Shown: positions 1 through 10,960 of the stretch, piece after piece | Layout: each line of letters begins with the position of its first letter | Position numbering within the stretch: the first letter of the stretch is position 1 | NCBI GenBank assembly: GCA_937911265.1 | Contig: CALDRG010000023.1 | Coordinates: 2,959-66,958, forward strand | Direction of reading: 5' to 3' | Source of the DNA: an uncultured euryarchaeote | GTDB lineage: Archaea; Thermoplasmatota; Poseidoniia; Poseidoniales; Thalassarchaeaceae | DNA: 64,000 nucleotides | Made by a program: the position numbers and the translations under genes | Notes under the pieces: model-generated | What the model saw: the letters and a program-made list of their open reading frames with translations, nothing else | The model's database searches: none | What the model was told of the DNA's origin: nothing

Positions 1-36
1 GCACTCGGTCCGAGGAAGGCCTTCGAGGCCGGCGAT

Positions 37-903
37 ATGGAGGCCAAGATGGGTTCACCTCGTGAGGCCGAGTTATTGTACCGGCGCGCTAAGGAGAAGG
101 CTGCGGTGATTGAGGAGTACTGGCAGAGGGCAGCAGACGCGATCGCCGAGTCAGTGGCTGCGATAGGAGACCACATTGGCCATCAGGCCGATGCAGTGAG
201 AGAAATACTCAGATCGGCCGAGGAGGCGTTGCAGGCAGAGGAGCCCAAAGAGGCTCTGCACATCGCCTCATCGATTCCCGAACATCTCGAGAGCCTCGGC
301 TCTTCCGGGGAGGCCGCAGTCAAGTCGATGAGCGATGCCGAGCACGCGGTGGCGGCGGCCGAGGGCGACATCCAAATAGTCACGAAGGACCGATTGGAGC
401 AGGCTCGCAAGGCTATGGATTCGGGTGATCCTGCTCTTGCAAAGGGTCTTGCTGACAGTGTTCTGAGGGATGTGCGAGCAACCTCTGATGCGATGCAGGA
501 GGTGCAGCGGGCACTACGCCAGAGTAAGCAGATTGAGGCTAGGTTACCTGCCGCGAAAAAATCTGAGTGGGAGGCTAGGCTCAAACAGGTTGCAGCGATG
601 GCAGATGCTGGTGAGTGGCAGGATGCCTCACAGGTAATGAATCTCCTGACTTCGGACCTGCAGTCTCATGAGCACAAGGTGTCAGAGGCGACAGAACTCG
701 TTCGTTTCGTCGACGAGGAGTGGAAGGCCCTGCGCCGAAGACTCGACTCCGCTGGGATAGGTCCGACTGACCCGAGCAGGATGGCTGCTGAGAAGACAGT
801 ATCTGAAGCATCTATCGCCTTGGAGCAGGGTGACATCGACTCTTGTCACAAAGCCCTAGGGGCCGCCAGTGAGATGCTTGAGTCGCAGAACCGCCGAGTC
901 TAA
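37..903 (+). CDS. hypothetical alpha-helical/coiled-coil acidic protein
   Basis: 288-aa ORF, Ala/Glu-rich heptad-like composition. No recognisable catalytic motif. Ends 4 nt from the convergent downstream gene. Confidence 0.4.
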   Translation: MEAKMGSPREAELLYRRAKEKAAVIEEYWQRAADAIAESVAAIGDHIGHQADAVREILRSAEEALQAEEPKEALHIASSIPEHLESLGSSGEAAVKSMSDAEHAVAAAEGDIQIVTKDRLEQARKAMDSGDPALAKGLADSVLRDVRATSDAMQEVQRALRQSKQIEARLPAAKKSEWEARLKQVAAMADAGEWQDASQVMNLLTSDLQSHEHKVSEATELVRFVDEEWKALRRRLDSAGIGPTDPSRMAAEKTVSEASIALEQGDIDSCHKALGAASEMLESQNRRV

Positions 904-1718
904 CGTCCACTCTCAAAGCAGTATGGGCAGTACTGATTGATTACATACCGCTCTGAATTCTGCTCTTCATAGGAAAGAGGCTCCCGGCACCTGAAGCACA
1001 TCACTATCTCCGTCTCCATGAGTTGATGGTCCAGAGCAACCCTCTGGTCGAACACGAAGCAGTCACCACTCCAATGGGAGCCGCCGCATTCCTCTAAGTA
1101 CCCGAGAATCCCACCCTCGAGCTGCCTGACATCCTCGAACCCGGCTTTGAGCATGACAGCGGATGCCTTCTCACAACGAATACCTCCGGTGCAATACATC
1201 ACCAGCGTCTTCGACTTGTACTCATCAGGCAAGGACCCTATTGCATCAGGGAAATCTCTGAACGAGGGTATGTCGAGATCTATCGCGCCATCGAATGTGC
1301 CTACTCTGGTCTCGTAGTCGTTCCGAGTGTCGAGCACCACGACATCCTCGTCCTCATCTAGCATCTGCTTGAACTCCATGGGCGATATGTGCGGACCGGT
1401 GAACTCTGCTGGCCTGATGTCATCCCTTCCGAGAGCAATTATCTCTTGCTTGCGTTTGACAAGCATCCTGCGGAATGGTTGGTAGTCCGTGTGACTGACC
1501 TTAGTTGGGATGCCTACGAAGCGAGCATCGAACTCGAGGTGCTGTAGAAAAGAGTCGGTGGCTTCCTGGGTGCCCGCGAGGAAGAAGTTGATTCCGTTGG
1601 GGCTCAGAAGGACAGTTCCCTTGAGCCCCAGTTCAAGACAGCGCTCCAGCATCGGTTCGCGGAGTTCGTCTCTGTCAGGTAGATTGACGAAGCGGTAGCC
1701 GGCGATGTTCACGATCAT
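900..1718 (-). CDS. trhO: rhodanese-domain tRNA uridine(34) hydroxylase (TrhO/YceA, UPF0176 family)
   Basis: N-terminal MIVNIAGYRF plus rhodanese active-site region YCTGGIRCEKAS and a C-terminal Cys cluster typical of YceA/TrhO. Confidence 0.65.
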   Translation of the reverse strand: MIVNIAGYRFVNLPDRDELREPMLERCLELGLKGTVLLSPNGINFFLAGTQEATDSFLQHLEFDARFVGIPTKVSHTDYQPFRRMLVKRKQEIIALGRDDIRPAEFTGPHISPMEFKQMLDEDEDVVVLDTRNDYETRVGTFDGAIDLDIPSFRDFPDAIGSLPDEYKSKTLVMYCTGGIRCEKASAVMLKAGFEDVRQLEGGILGYLEECGGSHWSGDCFVFDQRVALDHQLMETEIVMCFRCREPLSYEEQNSERYVINQYCPYCFESGR

Positions 1719-1727
1719 GACGGCCCC

Positions 1728-3680
1728 TCACTTCGGAGGCACGATGCCGAGTTCAGTGCTGCGATTGGTTATCTCGGCGAAAATCTCCGCTACGAACTCG
1801 TCCAACACGACCCCGTTGCGCTGGTTGTTGTTACGCCCCCGGATGGAGACAGTTCCGTTGGCCGACTCTTCGTCGCCGATGATTACCATGTAGGCCGGAC
1901 GCAGCGTCCGGTGCACACGGATCTTTTTGCCAATGGTGCTGTCCGAGTCGTCGATGCGGACTCTGACCCCTGCCTCGTGCAGGGCATCATACACTCTAGC
2001 AGCGTGCTCCTTGTGCTTCTCGGAGATGGTAATGACCTGGACTTGAACTGGAGAGAGCCAGGTCGGAAAATTCCCTGCCCAGTGCTCGGTCAGGAAGGCG
2101 ACAAACCTCTCGTGCGTCGACAGCGGTGCGCGGTGGATGACGAAGACCTCGCCGTTCTCCGCACCGGTCTCGTCCTTGTAGGTCAGGGCGAACCTCTCCT
2201 TAGCAGCGAAATCGAGCTGAATGGTTGACATCGATTCCTCGCGACCTATCAAGGTAGTAAATTGGATATCGACCTTGGGACCATAGAATGCAGCCTCGTC
2301 GACTGCTTCGACGTATGGAACGCCGAGGCTGTCCAGTATGTTCCTGAGATAATTCTCGGTGGCAGCCCAGTTCTCGGGCTGGTCGATGTACTTCTCAGAG
2401 TTAGCAGGGTCCCAAAGAGAGAGCCGGAAGTGGTAACTCTCGAAGCCGAAGGCAGCATAGTAGTCTTGCACCATTCTGATATTGTCAGCGAATTCTTGCG
2501 CTACCTGGTCGAGGGTGCAGTAGATGTGGGCATCGTTCATCGACAGCATCCTGACGCGCAGTAGCCCGGTGAGAGTTCCAGAGAGTTCGTTTCGGTAGAC
2601 AGTACCGTACTCGGCGATGCGCAAGGGCAAATCGCGGTAGGAACGTTTCTTGTTGCTGTACACGAGATGGTGCATCGGGCAATTCATCGCCTTCAGGTAG
2701 TATGTCCCGTCGTCCATCTCCATTGGAGGGTACATCGAGTCGGCGTAGTGCGGCAGGTGCCCGCTGGCCTCAAACAGTTGTTGCTTGGCGAGAACCGGGG
2801 TAGTAACTCTGACGTAGCCATAGGCTTCCTCAGTCTCGACCGCGAACCGCTCAATCTCAGACTTGATGGTCTCACCGTTCGGTAACCACACCGGTAGCCC
2901 TTTGCCGATGAGTTCGTCAATCATATAGAGCTCCATTTCCTTGCCGATTTTCTTGTGGTCGCGCTTGGCCGCCTCTTCCAGTTGGCGCACCCTCTCCTGC
3001 AGCGCCTCTTTACTCGGATAACACATACCGTAGATCCGAACGAGGGACTCGCGCTTACTGTCAGCCCTCCAGTAGGCTTGGCTGGTGCTGGACAACCTGA
3101 ACCAGCGCAGATGCGAGGTGCTGGGTACGTGCGGGCCACGGCACAAATCGACGAAGTCACCCTGACGGTAAGCAGACGAACCTACGTCGTGACCAATCTT
3201 GTCATCCATTATCTCAAGTTTGAACGGGTTCGATGCGAACATCTCACGCAACACGTCGTTGCCGTGATCCTCGCGGATGATTGCATGGTTGGCTCGAACG
3301 TGTTGACTCATCTTCTTCTCAATCGCCCTGAGTTCCTCGTCACCAATCGGGTCCATGTGGAAGTCGTAGTAGAAGCCAGTCTCAATCGGCGGGCCGATGG
3401 TCGGCTTGGCATCGGGGAACAGTTCAGTCACGGCCTGGGCTAGCAAGTGCGCGCAAGAGTGGCGCAGGATGTACAGGCCCTCCTCGGAGTCCCCGGCGAT
3501 GACCCCGACGCCACAATTGGAATCGAGGATGTGCGAGAAATCCCGCTCGCTGCCGTCGACTAGGGCGGCGACGGCACCGGACTTCTTGCCGTGGACATTC
3601 ACGATGACCTCGCCGACTGTGATTCCCGAAGTGTACTCATGGATGCCAGCGGCGCCGACATCAACCGAAATCATCGCCAT
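1728..3680 (-). CDS. thrS: threonine--tRNA ligase (bacterial-type with TGS and N2 editing domain)
   Basis: 650 aa. Class II aaRS motifs (MNCPMHHLVYS, YRNELSGTLTGLLRVRMLSMNDAHIY), editing-domain HSCAHLLAQA, and a C-terminal anticodon-binding domain. Confidence 0.9.
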   Translation of the reverse strand: MAMISVDVGAAGIHEYTSGITVGEVIVNVHGKKSGAVAALVDGSERDFSHILDSNCGVGVIAGDSEEGLYILRHSCAHLLAQAVTELFPDAKPTIGPPIETGFYYDFHMDPIGDEELRAIEKKMSQHVRANHAIIREDHGNDVLREMFASNPFKLEIMDDKIGHDVGSSAYRQGDFVDLCRGPHVPSTSHLRWFRLSSTSQAYWRADSKRESLVRIYGMCYPSKEALQERVRQLEEAAKRDHKKIGKEMELYMIDELIGKGLPVWLPNGETIKSEIERFAVETEEAYGYVRVTTPVLAKQQLFEASGHLPHYADSMYPPMEMDDGTYYLKAMNCPMHHLVYSNKKRSYRDLPLRIAEYGTVYRNELSGTLTGLLRVRMLSMNDAHIYCTLDQVAQEFADNIRMVQDYYAAFGFESYHFRLSLWDPANSEKYIDQPENWAATENYLRNILDSLGVPYVEAVDEAAFYGPKVDIQFTTLIGREESMSTIQLDFAAKERFALTYKDETGAENGEVFVIHRAPLSTHERFVAFLTEHWAGNFPTWLSPVQVQVITISEKHKEHAARVYDALHEAGVRVRIDDSDSTIGKKIRVHRTLRPAYMVIIGDEESANGTVSIRGRNNNQRNGVVLDEFVAEIFAEITNRSTELGIVPPK

Positions 3681-3755
3681 CTAAGGTGCCCTCAGCGCGT
3701 TGGCGAGGCACATCGGATATGAAGCCAATCGCGAAAAACAGGCCGTAGGCCTGAA

Positions 3756-4664
3756 TCATTCGAGTACGAATTGGGTACCAGCGGTGCCAGCGACCATGCC
3801 CTGCATGTCCGTGAGGGCCCCTATCACCGCTCTGCCACCTGAGCGACGTACGAAGTCGCATGCCGCCTCCACCTTGGGCCCCATCGAGCCCTCTTCAAAC
3901 TCGTACTGCTCTATCTGCTCAGGCGTGACTCTCTCGAGTCTGCGAGCATCTTCGGTCCCCCAGTCGAGGTAGACGCCATCGGTGTCAGTAGCGAGGATGA
4001 GCAGACCCGCATCGAGCTCGAAGGCGAGCAGCGCGCTGGCTCTATCCTTGTCAACCACCACCTCGACACCCTCGAGTGTCCCGTCCGGTTTGTACACAGT
4101 CGGTATGCCTCCACCGCCAGCGCAGATTACGGTGGCGCCATTCTCGAGCAGCCAGTGAATCGGCCTCATCTCGAAGATTCTCTGAGGCTCAGGGGATGCC
4201 ACCACTCTCCTCCAATACTCGCCGTCAGGAGCAACGCTCCACCCCTTCTGTTCGGCCAGCGTCTTAGCCTCCTGCTCGCTGTAAACCGGACCTATCGGCT
4301 TGGTCGGGTTGTCGAAGGCAGGATCCTCGGGATCGACCTCAACCATGGTCAGGATTGTCGCCAACGGCTCTTCCATCGGAAGCAGGTTGCCGAGTTCTTG
4401 TTCGATCATGTAGCCAATCATCCCCTCGGTTTGGGCTCCTAGGATGTCGAGCGGGTACTCCTCGACTTCCTCGTAGGCCGCCGACTGCAATGACAACAGC
4501 CCGACTTGTGGGCCGTTGCCGTGGGAGATGACAAGCTGGTAGTCGTGTGCCAGTGGAGCCACCGCTTCGGCAGCTATCGCTACGTTGCGGCGCTGGTTCT
4601 CAGCCGTCAGCGGCTGGCCGCGCTTCAGAAGTGCATTGCCTCCAAGCGCCACTACGACCCTCAT
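3756..4664 (-). CDS. arcC: carbamate kinase
   Basis: [17 protein letters not shown]...[10 protein letters not shown] amino-acid-kinase-fold signature. ~300 aa, typical of ArcC. Confidence 0.8.
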   Translation of the reverse strand: MRVVVALGGNALLKRGQPLTAENQRRNVAIAAEAVAPLAHDYQLVISHGNGPQVGLLSLQSAAYEEVEEYPLDILGAQTEGMIGYMIEQELGNLLPMEEPLATILTMVEVDPEDPAFDNPTKPIGPVYSEQEAKTLAEQKGWSVAPDGEYWRRVVASPEPQRIFEMRPIHWLLENGATVICAGGGGIPTVYKPDGTLEGVEVVVDKDRASALLAFELDAGLLILATDTDGVYLDWGTEDARRLERVTPEQIEQYEFEEGSMGPKVEAACDFVRRSGGRAVIGALTDMQGMVAGTAGTQFVLE

Positions 4665-4711
4665 GAGTCTGGCGCGGAAGCGTGAAGCGATAAGAACACG
4701 CGCCCTTTGGC

Positions 4712-5866
4712 ATGCCCATGGTGCGTCTTGGGCTGTTGGCTAATCCTGACGCCGGCCTCGGCGGCAGGTTGGGTCTGAAGGGCTCAGACGGTCAGGCAGA
4801 GTTGGCGCGATCCATGGGGGCAGAGGACCGCTCGGGACCCCGACTGACCCTGATGCTTGAGCACTTCTCAAAGCTCCACAGAGCCAACTTCGATGACATC
4901 GAGTGGCTAACTAGTGAGGGCAGTATGGGCACCGATTGGCTCCCCGAGGGAGCCAAAATCGGCTCTATCAGCATAGTTCACTCGGCTTCAGGTGGAACTT
5001 CCGCGTCCGACACCACTGCAGCGGTGATGACTCTACTCGAGGGCGGCATCGACCTGCTGGTCTACGCTGGTGGCGATGGCACCACACGCGACATCGTCGC
5101 CGCATTGGAGTCAACCGGTCATTCGAAGACTCCCGTAATCGGAGTCCCGACTGGAGTCAAGATGCACTCCGGCTGCTTTGCCGCCTCTCCGAGGGCCGCT
5201 GCAGAGGTACTTTCTGCATGGCTCAACGACGATTTGCTGCTGGCTAGTACTGAGGTGCTGGATCTCGACGAGGAGCGCTATCGGAAGGGTGAGTGGGTAG
5301 TGCAGTTGTACGCCGAGGCGATGACACCCGCCAGCCCGCGCTGGATGCAAGGTTCCAAGCAACGCATCGAGACTACCGGCGAGGAGGATACTACAGAGGG
5401 GCTGGCCGATCACATTGGAGAACTCATCATCAATGACGAGAGACTCGTCATCTGGGGCTCAGGAGGGACATTGCGGGCCATCGGAGAGATGAACGGCTTT
5501 GAGTTGACCAATCTCGGTATCGATGCTACCAGGGGCACAGAACAGATCGGGACCGACCTAGATGAAGCAGGTCTGCTGAAGATTCTATCATCACACACAG
5601 GACCGATTACACTACTGCTTTCCCCTATGGGAGGCCAAGGTTTCCTGATTGGCAGAGGTAACCTGCAACTTTCTCCGGAGGTCCTGCGTGCGGTCGGCAT
5701 AGACAGTATAATTGGGGTTGTGACTCCAGCCAAATTGTTGACTGTCAGGAGGCTACGTATTGAGACCGGTGATGCCGAACTCGATGCGGAGTTCGCGGCC
5801 AAGCGCTACATGAAGGTCCTACAGGGTTACAGGACTACCAGAGTCTTGCCGGTGTCGGTTGACTAA
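4712..5866 (+). CDS. ATP-NAD kinase family protein (COG3199-like, GGDGT motif)
   Basis: [18 protein letters not shown]...[15 protein letters not shown] matches the NAD kinase/diacylglycerol kinase-like fold. Function not certain. Confidence 0.5.
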   Translation: MPMVRLGLLANPDAGLGGRLGLKGSDGQAELARSMGAEDRSGPRLTLMLEHFSKLHRANFDDIEWLTSEGSMGTDWLPEGAKIGSISIVHSASGGTSASDTTAAVMTLLEGGIDLLVYAGGDGTTRDIVAALESTGHSKTPVIGVPTGVKMHSGCFAASPRAAAEVLSAWLNDDLLLASTEVLDLDEERYRKGEWVVQLYAEAMTPASPRWMQGSKQRIETTGEEDTTEGLADHIGELIINDERLVIWGSGGTLRAIGEMNGFELTNLGIDATRGTEQIGTDLDEAGLLKILSSHTGPITLLLSPMGGQGFLIGRGNLQLSPEVLRAVGIDSIIGVVTPAKLLTVRRLRIETGDAELDAEFAAKRYMKVLQGYRTTRVLPVSVD

Positions 5867-7518
5867 ATCTCCAGCCCACATGCTGCCTTCATTAGGCCGA
5901 GGAAAGGCGGACTGGGTCTGCCCGGGCGCGATTTGAACTCGGGATGGTACTGAGTCCCGACGAAATAGGGATGGTCATCGAGCTCCATTATCTCGCAACG
6001 CTGCCCAGTCTCGTCCTTGCCCACATATCTTAGGCCGGCACTTTCAATCTGTTCGATTAGTTCGGGATTGACCTCGTAACGGTGGCGGTGGCGCTCATCT
6101 ACATGATCGGCGCCGCCATACAGCCGACGCATCTTGCAATCATCGACAAGGAACGGAGTGGGTTTTGTCCCCAGACGCATGGTGCCTCCCATATGGGTCT
6201 TGGAAATCTCCGGCATGAAGACTACAGCCGGGTGAGGGGTGTCTTCGTCAAACTCTGTCGAATTCGCCCCTTCCATCCCGAGGACGTTGCGGCAGAACTC
6301 GATGGTAGCTACCTGTAGACCTAGGCAAACTCCGAGGTACGGTACCAAGTTCTTCCTCGCGAACTCAGCTGCCTTGATCTTGCCTTCTATCCCTCTGCCT
6401 CCGAACCCTCCAGGGACAAGAATGCCGTCTGCACCCCTGAGGAGTTCCCATGCTTTCGCGTGGGCCTCGGAGTCGGAGGCAGCAGTCGCATCATCTAGGT
6501 CGGCTGATTCTATCCAGTCGATGACGAGCTTTCGATTGACTGCATAGGAAGAGTGCTGCAGGGCCTTGATGACGCTCAGGTACGAGTCCGACAGGCCGGT
6601 GTACTTCCCCACCATAGCGATGTGAATCTCCTCTTCGACGTTGTCAACGCGGTCTGCCATCGCCTTCCACTCAACGAGCAGAGGACGTTCTGCGACTAGC
6701 TCGAAGCCGAAACGCTCGGCTAATACTTCACTGACACCCTGTTCCTCAAACATGAGAGGAACTCGGTAAATGTTCGAGGAGTCATGAGCGGACACCACTG
6801 CCTCCTTTGAGACATGGCAGAATGCGGCAAGTTTCGAACGCGTATCATCGTGCAGTGGGTTTGCCGATCTGCAAACGAGTATGTCGGGGATGATTCCCAG
6901 CCCGCGCAATTCCTTCACGGTGTGCTGAGTCGGTTTGGTTTTCTGTTCGCCGACCGGCCCCATCACAGGGACCAGACTGACATGGACAAAGCAGATGTTA
7001 TCCCTGCCAACTCTGAACTGGAACTGCCTGAGAGCCTCGATGAAAGGAGCACTTTCGATGTCACCAACGGTCCCCCCCAACTCTATCACACAGGCGTCGG
7101 GAGTACCGTTGTTACCATCACTAGACTGGTGCGCGACCCTTTCAATCCACTCCTGAATCTCATCGGTGATGTGGGGGATGACCTGTACGGTCTTGCCGAG
7201 ATAGTCTCCCCTCCGTTCGCGCTCGACTACTGTGGCGTACACCTTACCTGTGGTGATGTTGTTGTCCTTTGTCAGAGCTATGTCTAGGAATCTCTCGTAG
7301 TTACCTAGGTCTAAGTCGACTTCTCCCCCGTCATCGAGCACGAAGACCTCTCCGTGCTCGAACGGACTCATGGTCCCAGCATCGACATTGAGATAGGGAT
7401 CTATCTTCACCGAAGTGACGCGCAGTCCAGCGGATTTGAGCAGGACGCCTATGCTGCTCGCAGTGACTCCCTTACCGAGTCCTGACAGCACACCCCCCGT
7501 GACTACGACATATTTCAT
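5863..7518 (-). CDS. pyrG: CTP synthase
   Basis: Start chosen at internal [17 protein letters not shown] (the ORF track extends 12 codons upstream). Synthetase domain plus a C-terminal class I glutamine amidotransferase domain ([15 protein letters not shown]). Confidence 0.9.
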   Translation of the reverse strand: MKYVVVTGGVLSGLGKGVTASSIGVLLKSAGLRVTSVKIDPYLNVDAGTMSPFEHGEVFVLDDGGEVDLDLGNYERFLDIALTKDNNITTGKVYATVVERERRGDYLGKTVQVIPHITDEIQEWIERVAHQSSDGNNGTPDACVIELGGTVGDIESAPFIEALRQFQFRVGRDNICFVHVSLVPVMGPVGEQKTKPTQHTVKELRGLGIIPDILVCRSANPLHDDTRSKLAAFCHVSKEAVVSAHDSSNIYRVPLMFEEQGVSEVLAERFGFELVAERPLLVEWKAMADRVDNVEEEIHIAMVGKYTGLSDSYLSVIKALQHSSYAVNRKLVIDWIESADLDDATAASDSEAHAKAWELLRGADGILVPGGFGGRGIEGKIKAAEFARKNLVPYLGVCLGLQVATIEFCRNVLGMEGANSTEFDEDTPHPAVVFMPEISKTHMGGTMRLGTKPTPFLVDDCKMRRLYGGADHVDERHRHRYEVNPELIEQIESAGLRYVGKDETGQRCEIMELDDHPYFVGTQYHPEFKSRPGRPSPPFLGLMKAACGLEI

Positions 7519-7626
7519 GCAATCAACGGGGTTTGAAGCCGTTGAGCCTCTCATATCAAGGTTGGCTACGCGACTCGGTGACCCGAACTACTCCATGTTC
7601 AAGTATCGTCTGAATAACCGGAGTGC

Positions 7627-8586
7627 ATGGTCGAACCTCCCGGAGACAGAATTCTGGTAACCGGTGCTCTGGGGCAAATCGGAACTGACCTGGTCGGGGC
7701 CTTGAGGGATCGGCACGGTAGTGACTCGGTAATCGCCTCGGATGTTCGCGAGGTGCCCGGGCATCCATTGCTTGAGGGCGGTCCGTTCCGACTACTCAGC
7801 GTACTAGACGGGGATGGCATGGACTCGGTGGTAAGGGAGGAGGAAGTCGGTGAGATATACCACCTCGCTGCGATTCTTTCGGCCACCGGAGAGGAGAAAC
7901 CTGAACTGTGCCAGAGGGTCAACGTCGGCGGTACCATCACCGTGTTGGAGACCGCCAAGGAATACGGCCTGAGAGTATTCTCACCGTCTTCGATAGCGGT
8001 CTTCGGCCCCGATGCCCCAAGAACCGCTCCGCAAGTGACGCCACTCAACCCTACCACCACCTACGGCATGACCAAAGTCACTGGGGAGGTGATGGCACTG
8101 AACTACTGGAAGCAGTACGGCGTGGACGCCCGAGGGATTCGGTACCCAGGTTTGATTTCTTGGAAATCACCACCTGGAGGGGGAACTACCGATTATGCAG
8201 TAGAGATCTTCCATGCCGCACTCAATGAGAGGCATTACGACTGCTTCGTTGGCCCCGATACTAGACTTCCCATGATGTACATCGACGATGCCATCAGGGG
8301 TACGATGGAACTGATGGAGGCCCCCACTGACTCTATTGGACCGTCCAGGGGCGGATACAACCTCTCTGGGATGTCTTTCACCGCTGGAGATCTGGCTAAT
8401 GCGATATCGGATAGAGTGGATGGCTTCACCTGCGAGTTCAAGCCCGACGAGCGCCAACAGTACGCCGACTCCTGGCCCGATGATGTTGACGATTCGACCG
8501 CTCGTGAGGATTGGGGCTGGAAAGCTGAATACGACTTGGGCCGGATGGTCAACGAGATGTTGGACAGGCTGAATGATCAGTCCTGA
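7627..8586 (+). CDS. tdh: NAD-dependent epimerase/dehydratase family protein, L-threonine 3-dehydrogenase-like (GalE-like SDR type)
   Basis: ILVTGALGQIGTDLVGALRDRHGSDSVIASDVRE closely resembles the N-terminus of extended-SDR threonine dehydrogenases. YxxxK region present (TYGMTK). Confidence 0.55.
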   Translation: MVEPPGDRILVTGALGQIGTDLVGALRDRHGSDSVIASDVREVPGHPLLEGGPFRLLSVLDGDGMDSVVREEEVGEIYHLAAILSATGEEKPELCQRVNVGGTITVLETAKEYGLRVFSPSSIAVFGPDAPRTAPQVTPLNPTTTYGMTKVTGEVMALNYWKQYGVDARGIRYPGLISWKSPPGGGTTDYAVEIFHAALNERHYDCFVGPDTRLPMMYIDDAIRGTMELMEAPTDSIGPSRGGYNLSGMSFTAGDLANAISDRVDGFTCEFKPDERQQYADSWPDDVDDSTAREDWGWKAEYDLGRMVNEMLDRLNDQS

Positions 8587-10190
8587 TTCTCCATCTCACT
8601 CTGCCAGTCAGGAGTCTGAGCGTCTTGCTTGGCCCAGAGCACATCATCAATCCTCAGCACGCTGTTGGCAGCCTCGGTGGCTCCCGCAAGAGCATGGTGA
8701 GCGACAAACAGCAGGTCGAACACTCCGACCTTATCCATTCTCACCTTGTTCCCTGATGCCACATCCATCCCTATCCACGCACCTTCCTCGGCGGATTCAG
8801 TCTGGGCTGCAGACAACTCGAGAATCTCATCTATTGGGTCGAGCCCGGAGTTCTCGGCGAGAGTTCTAGGCACAATCTCGAGAGCGGCCGCGAAAGCCTC
8901 TATGGCTAACTGTTCACGACCGGCCTGACTTGGAGCGAAAGCTCGCAGATGCCGAGCTAAGTGTGTCTGAGTCGCCCCTCCTCCAGGTAGCATGCGCGAG
9001 TCGGTTGAGAGCCTGTGAGCAACCCCTAGGGCGTCGTCAAAGGTACGCTCGACCTCTTCTCTGACAGAAGGAGAGGAGCCCCGTATCAGAACCGTAACTG
9101 CTCCGCCTTCGGAACCTTCGATGTGAGTGTGCTTGACTCCAGAGTAGGAACGCTCCGAGCGGGAACTGTAAGTGCCGATGTCCTTGTCTTTGACCCTCTT
9201 GGAGTCGCGGACCATCACAGAGCCGGTGATTCTTGCCAATCTCTCAAGGTCATCGCGATCGTAACGCCGATACGCCGTGATACCGGCGTCGGTCAGCATG
9301 GTAGTAGCGTCTTCGGCAATACCGTCGCGGACAATTAGAAGGTCGACACCGAGTGAGACCAGAAGATCGACCTGCTCACGCATGCGCTCCCTAGCCCGCT
9401 CGTGAAATCCTCTCAATACCTCCGTACTGGTGACTTCGATTGAGGCCTCAAAATCGAGTTTGGGATTCTCCATACCTCCATCGATGATGGCTATCCGACC
9501 TCCGTCGGTTTTGGCCACTGATGCCACGTCCATCCTAGATTTAGGTAGAACGAGGCCGTGTACGATCTCAGAGTCCAACACACCACCGTCCTTGATTAGT
9601 AGACGTTTCACCCGTAGCCTCTCGAGATCTTGGCCACCGTTTTCACCGGCGAGTGCCTCAGCGGCCTCGATAGCCAGATCCGTCAGGTGTCGGCTGACAA
9701 CTGAGTCGACCTTCCCGGAAATCGAAGTGGCTACAGCCGCACGCATCTCGAAATCATTCTTGGGAATACGTGAGATCCGCTCCATCTCATCGAGCGCCTC
9801 TGCCAGAGCAATCTGATACCCGTTCATGATAATTGACGGGTGCACACCGGAGCGAACCAGCTCAAGCGCGTTCTGTAGTAACTCGGAGGTCAGGATTACC
9901 GTGGTCGTAGTGCCATCGCGAGCAGCACGGTCCTGAGCCGACGAGGTTGATATCAGCAGTCGAGCCGTAGGATGCTCCACCTTGGCAGTCTCCAGCACGG
10001 TGACGCCATCGTTGGTTATCGTTGTCGAACCACCGTCCTCCACCAGCATCTTGTCCAGACCGTGTGGACCGAGCGTCGAACGGACCGCTTCTGCAAGCGC
10101 AGATGCGGCCTTGACGTTGTCGACCAGAGCTGAGCGCCCGTGCAGGCGGTCGGTGTCCTCTAGGGCCACATCATGCTCTGACCCGACCAT
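8577..10190 (-). CDS. ths: thermosome subunit (group II chaperonin)
   Basis: Start set at internal Met (MVGSEHDVALE...). Motifs: AEAVRSTLGPHGLDKMLVEDGG, RDGTTTTVIL (GDGTT-like), ITNDGVTVL. The upstream 47 codons of the ORF are judged an artefactual extension. Confidence 0.85.
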   Translation of the reverse strand: MVGSEHDVALEDTDRLHGRSALVDNVKAASALAEAVRSTLGPHGLDKMLVEDGGSTTITNDGVTVLETAKVEHPTARLLISTSSAQDRAARDGTTTTVILTSELLQNALELVRSGVHPSIIMNGYQIALAEALDEMERISRIPKNDFEMRAAVATSISGKVDSVVSRHLTDLAIEAAEALAGENGGQDLERLRVKRLLIKDGGVLDSEIVHGLVLPKSRMDVASVAKTDGGRIAIIDGGMENPKLDFEASIEVTSTEVLRGFHERARERMREQVDLLVSLGVDLLIVRDGIAEDATTMLTDAGITAYRRYDRDDLERLARITGSVMVRDSKRVKDKDIGTYSSRSERSYSGVKHTHIEGSEGGAVTVLIRGSSPSVREEVERTFDDALGVAHRLSTDSRMLPGGGATQTHLARHLRAFAPSQAGREQLAIEAFAAALEIVPRTLAENSGLDPIDEILELSAAQTESAEEGAWIGMDVASGNKVRMDKVGVFDLLFVAHHALAGATEAANSVLRIDDVLWAKQDAQTPDWQSEMENQD

Positions 10191-10321
10191 GCTGAGTTGC
10201 CGAATGACAGTCTTGCTTTGAACCCGTCCGTTCGGCACGACATAGACTGATTCTCGTGCATGCGTAACCGTGCGGTTCATATACGGCAGCACTATCGTAC
10301 TATACAACCTCAGGTTGAGTA
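10191..10321. promoter_or_regulatory. divergent promoter region between thermosome and sHSP/dnaK genes (TATA-like elements, short inverted repeat)
   Basis: 131-bp gap with catatac and actatac TATA-like boxes and the dyad aaccgTGcggtt. Candidate heat-shock regulator site. Confidence 0.3.
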
Positions 10322-10930
10322 GTGGTATCAATGGCTGACAGCGAGCGTGATGAGTGGGCTGACGACATGTTTGCTGAGATGGCGAGGATGTTCGAGCAGA
10401 TGGGGATGCCCATCGACGTCAAGGCGCTTGAGGAGATGATGAAGAAGGTCATGGATCAGTTTGAGCAGATGGGCATTGACCCTACCAAGATCTCTCACTC
10501 ACAATTCAAGGTTGAATCCAACACTGATTCCGAAGAACTACGTCGGATGATGGATTCGATGATGAACAGCCCTGGGGGATTCTCAGACCTGTTCAAGAAG
10601 ATGGGCGTCAATATCGAGGTAGAGGGTTCAGTCGAGCAGGTGGAGGCAGAGGTAGAGGAGCACGAGGAGCACGAGGTCTCAGATCTGCCCGACGAGGATG
10701 TCTATGTGCATGGCAGCACGATGGCCGTCACCATAGATATCTCTAGGATCCTCGACGTCAGGTCCGAGGACATCGAACTTGTACTCAGTAGCGGCGGCGA
10801 GGTGCTGCAACTGATGAGGCGAACCCAAACACGGCCTCTCAAGCGCTTCATACTCCCAGATGCAGCGAATCAGATTCGCGAGTGGCAACTGAACAACGGC
10901 ATCCTAGACATTACATTCGATTTGGCATAG
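10322..10930 (+). CDS. small heat-shock protein (Hsp20/alpha-crystallin family) with Met-rich acidic N-terminal extension
   Basis: C-terminal ~90 aa match the alpha-crystallin domain pattern (EDIELVLSSGGEVLQLMRR...RFILPDAANQ...NGILDITF). The N-terminal 110 aa are low-complexity and Met/Glu-rich. Confidence 0.55.
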   Translation: MVSMADSERDEWADDMFAEMARMFEQMGMPIDVKALEEMMKKVMDQFEQMGIDPTKISHSQFKVESNTDSEELRRMMDSMMNSPGGFSDLFKKMGVNIEVEGSVEQVEAEVEEHEEHEVSDLPDEDVYVHGSTMAVTIDISRILDVRSEDIELVLSSGGEVLQLMRRTQTRPLKRFILPDAANQIREWQLNNGILDITFDLA

Positions 10931-10960
10931 AGCCGAACGGAATCATTGGAGGAATTGAGA

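Noticed and set aside
183-3443. Numerous 60-160-aa antisense or out-of-frame ORFs inside large genes (e.g. 183..584 -, 2955..3443 +, 21249..21959 -, 40715..41485 -)
   Set aside because: Shadow ORFs are typical of GC-rich DNA. Each lies wholly within a strongly supported gene on the other strand or frame, and has Arg/Ser/Pro-rich composition.
8577-10331. Full-length 584-aa thermosome ORF with 47-codon N-terminal extension
   Set aside because: The extension has no chaperonin homology. Alignment to the conserved thermosome N-terminus begins at the internal Met (start 10190).
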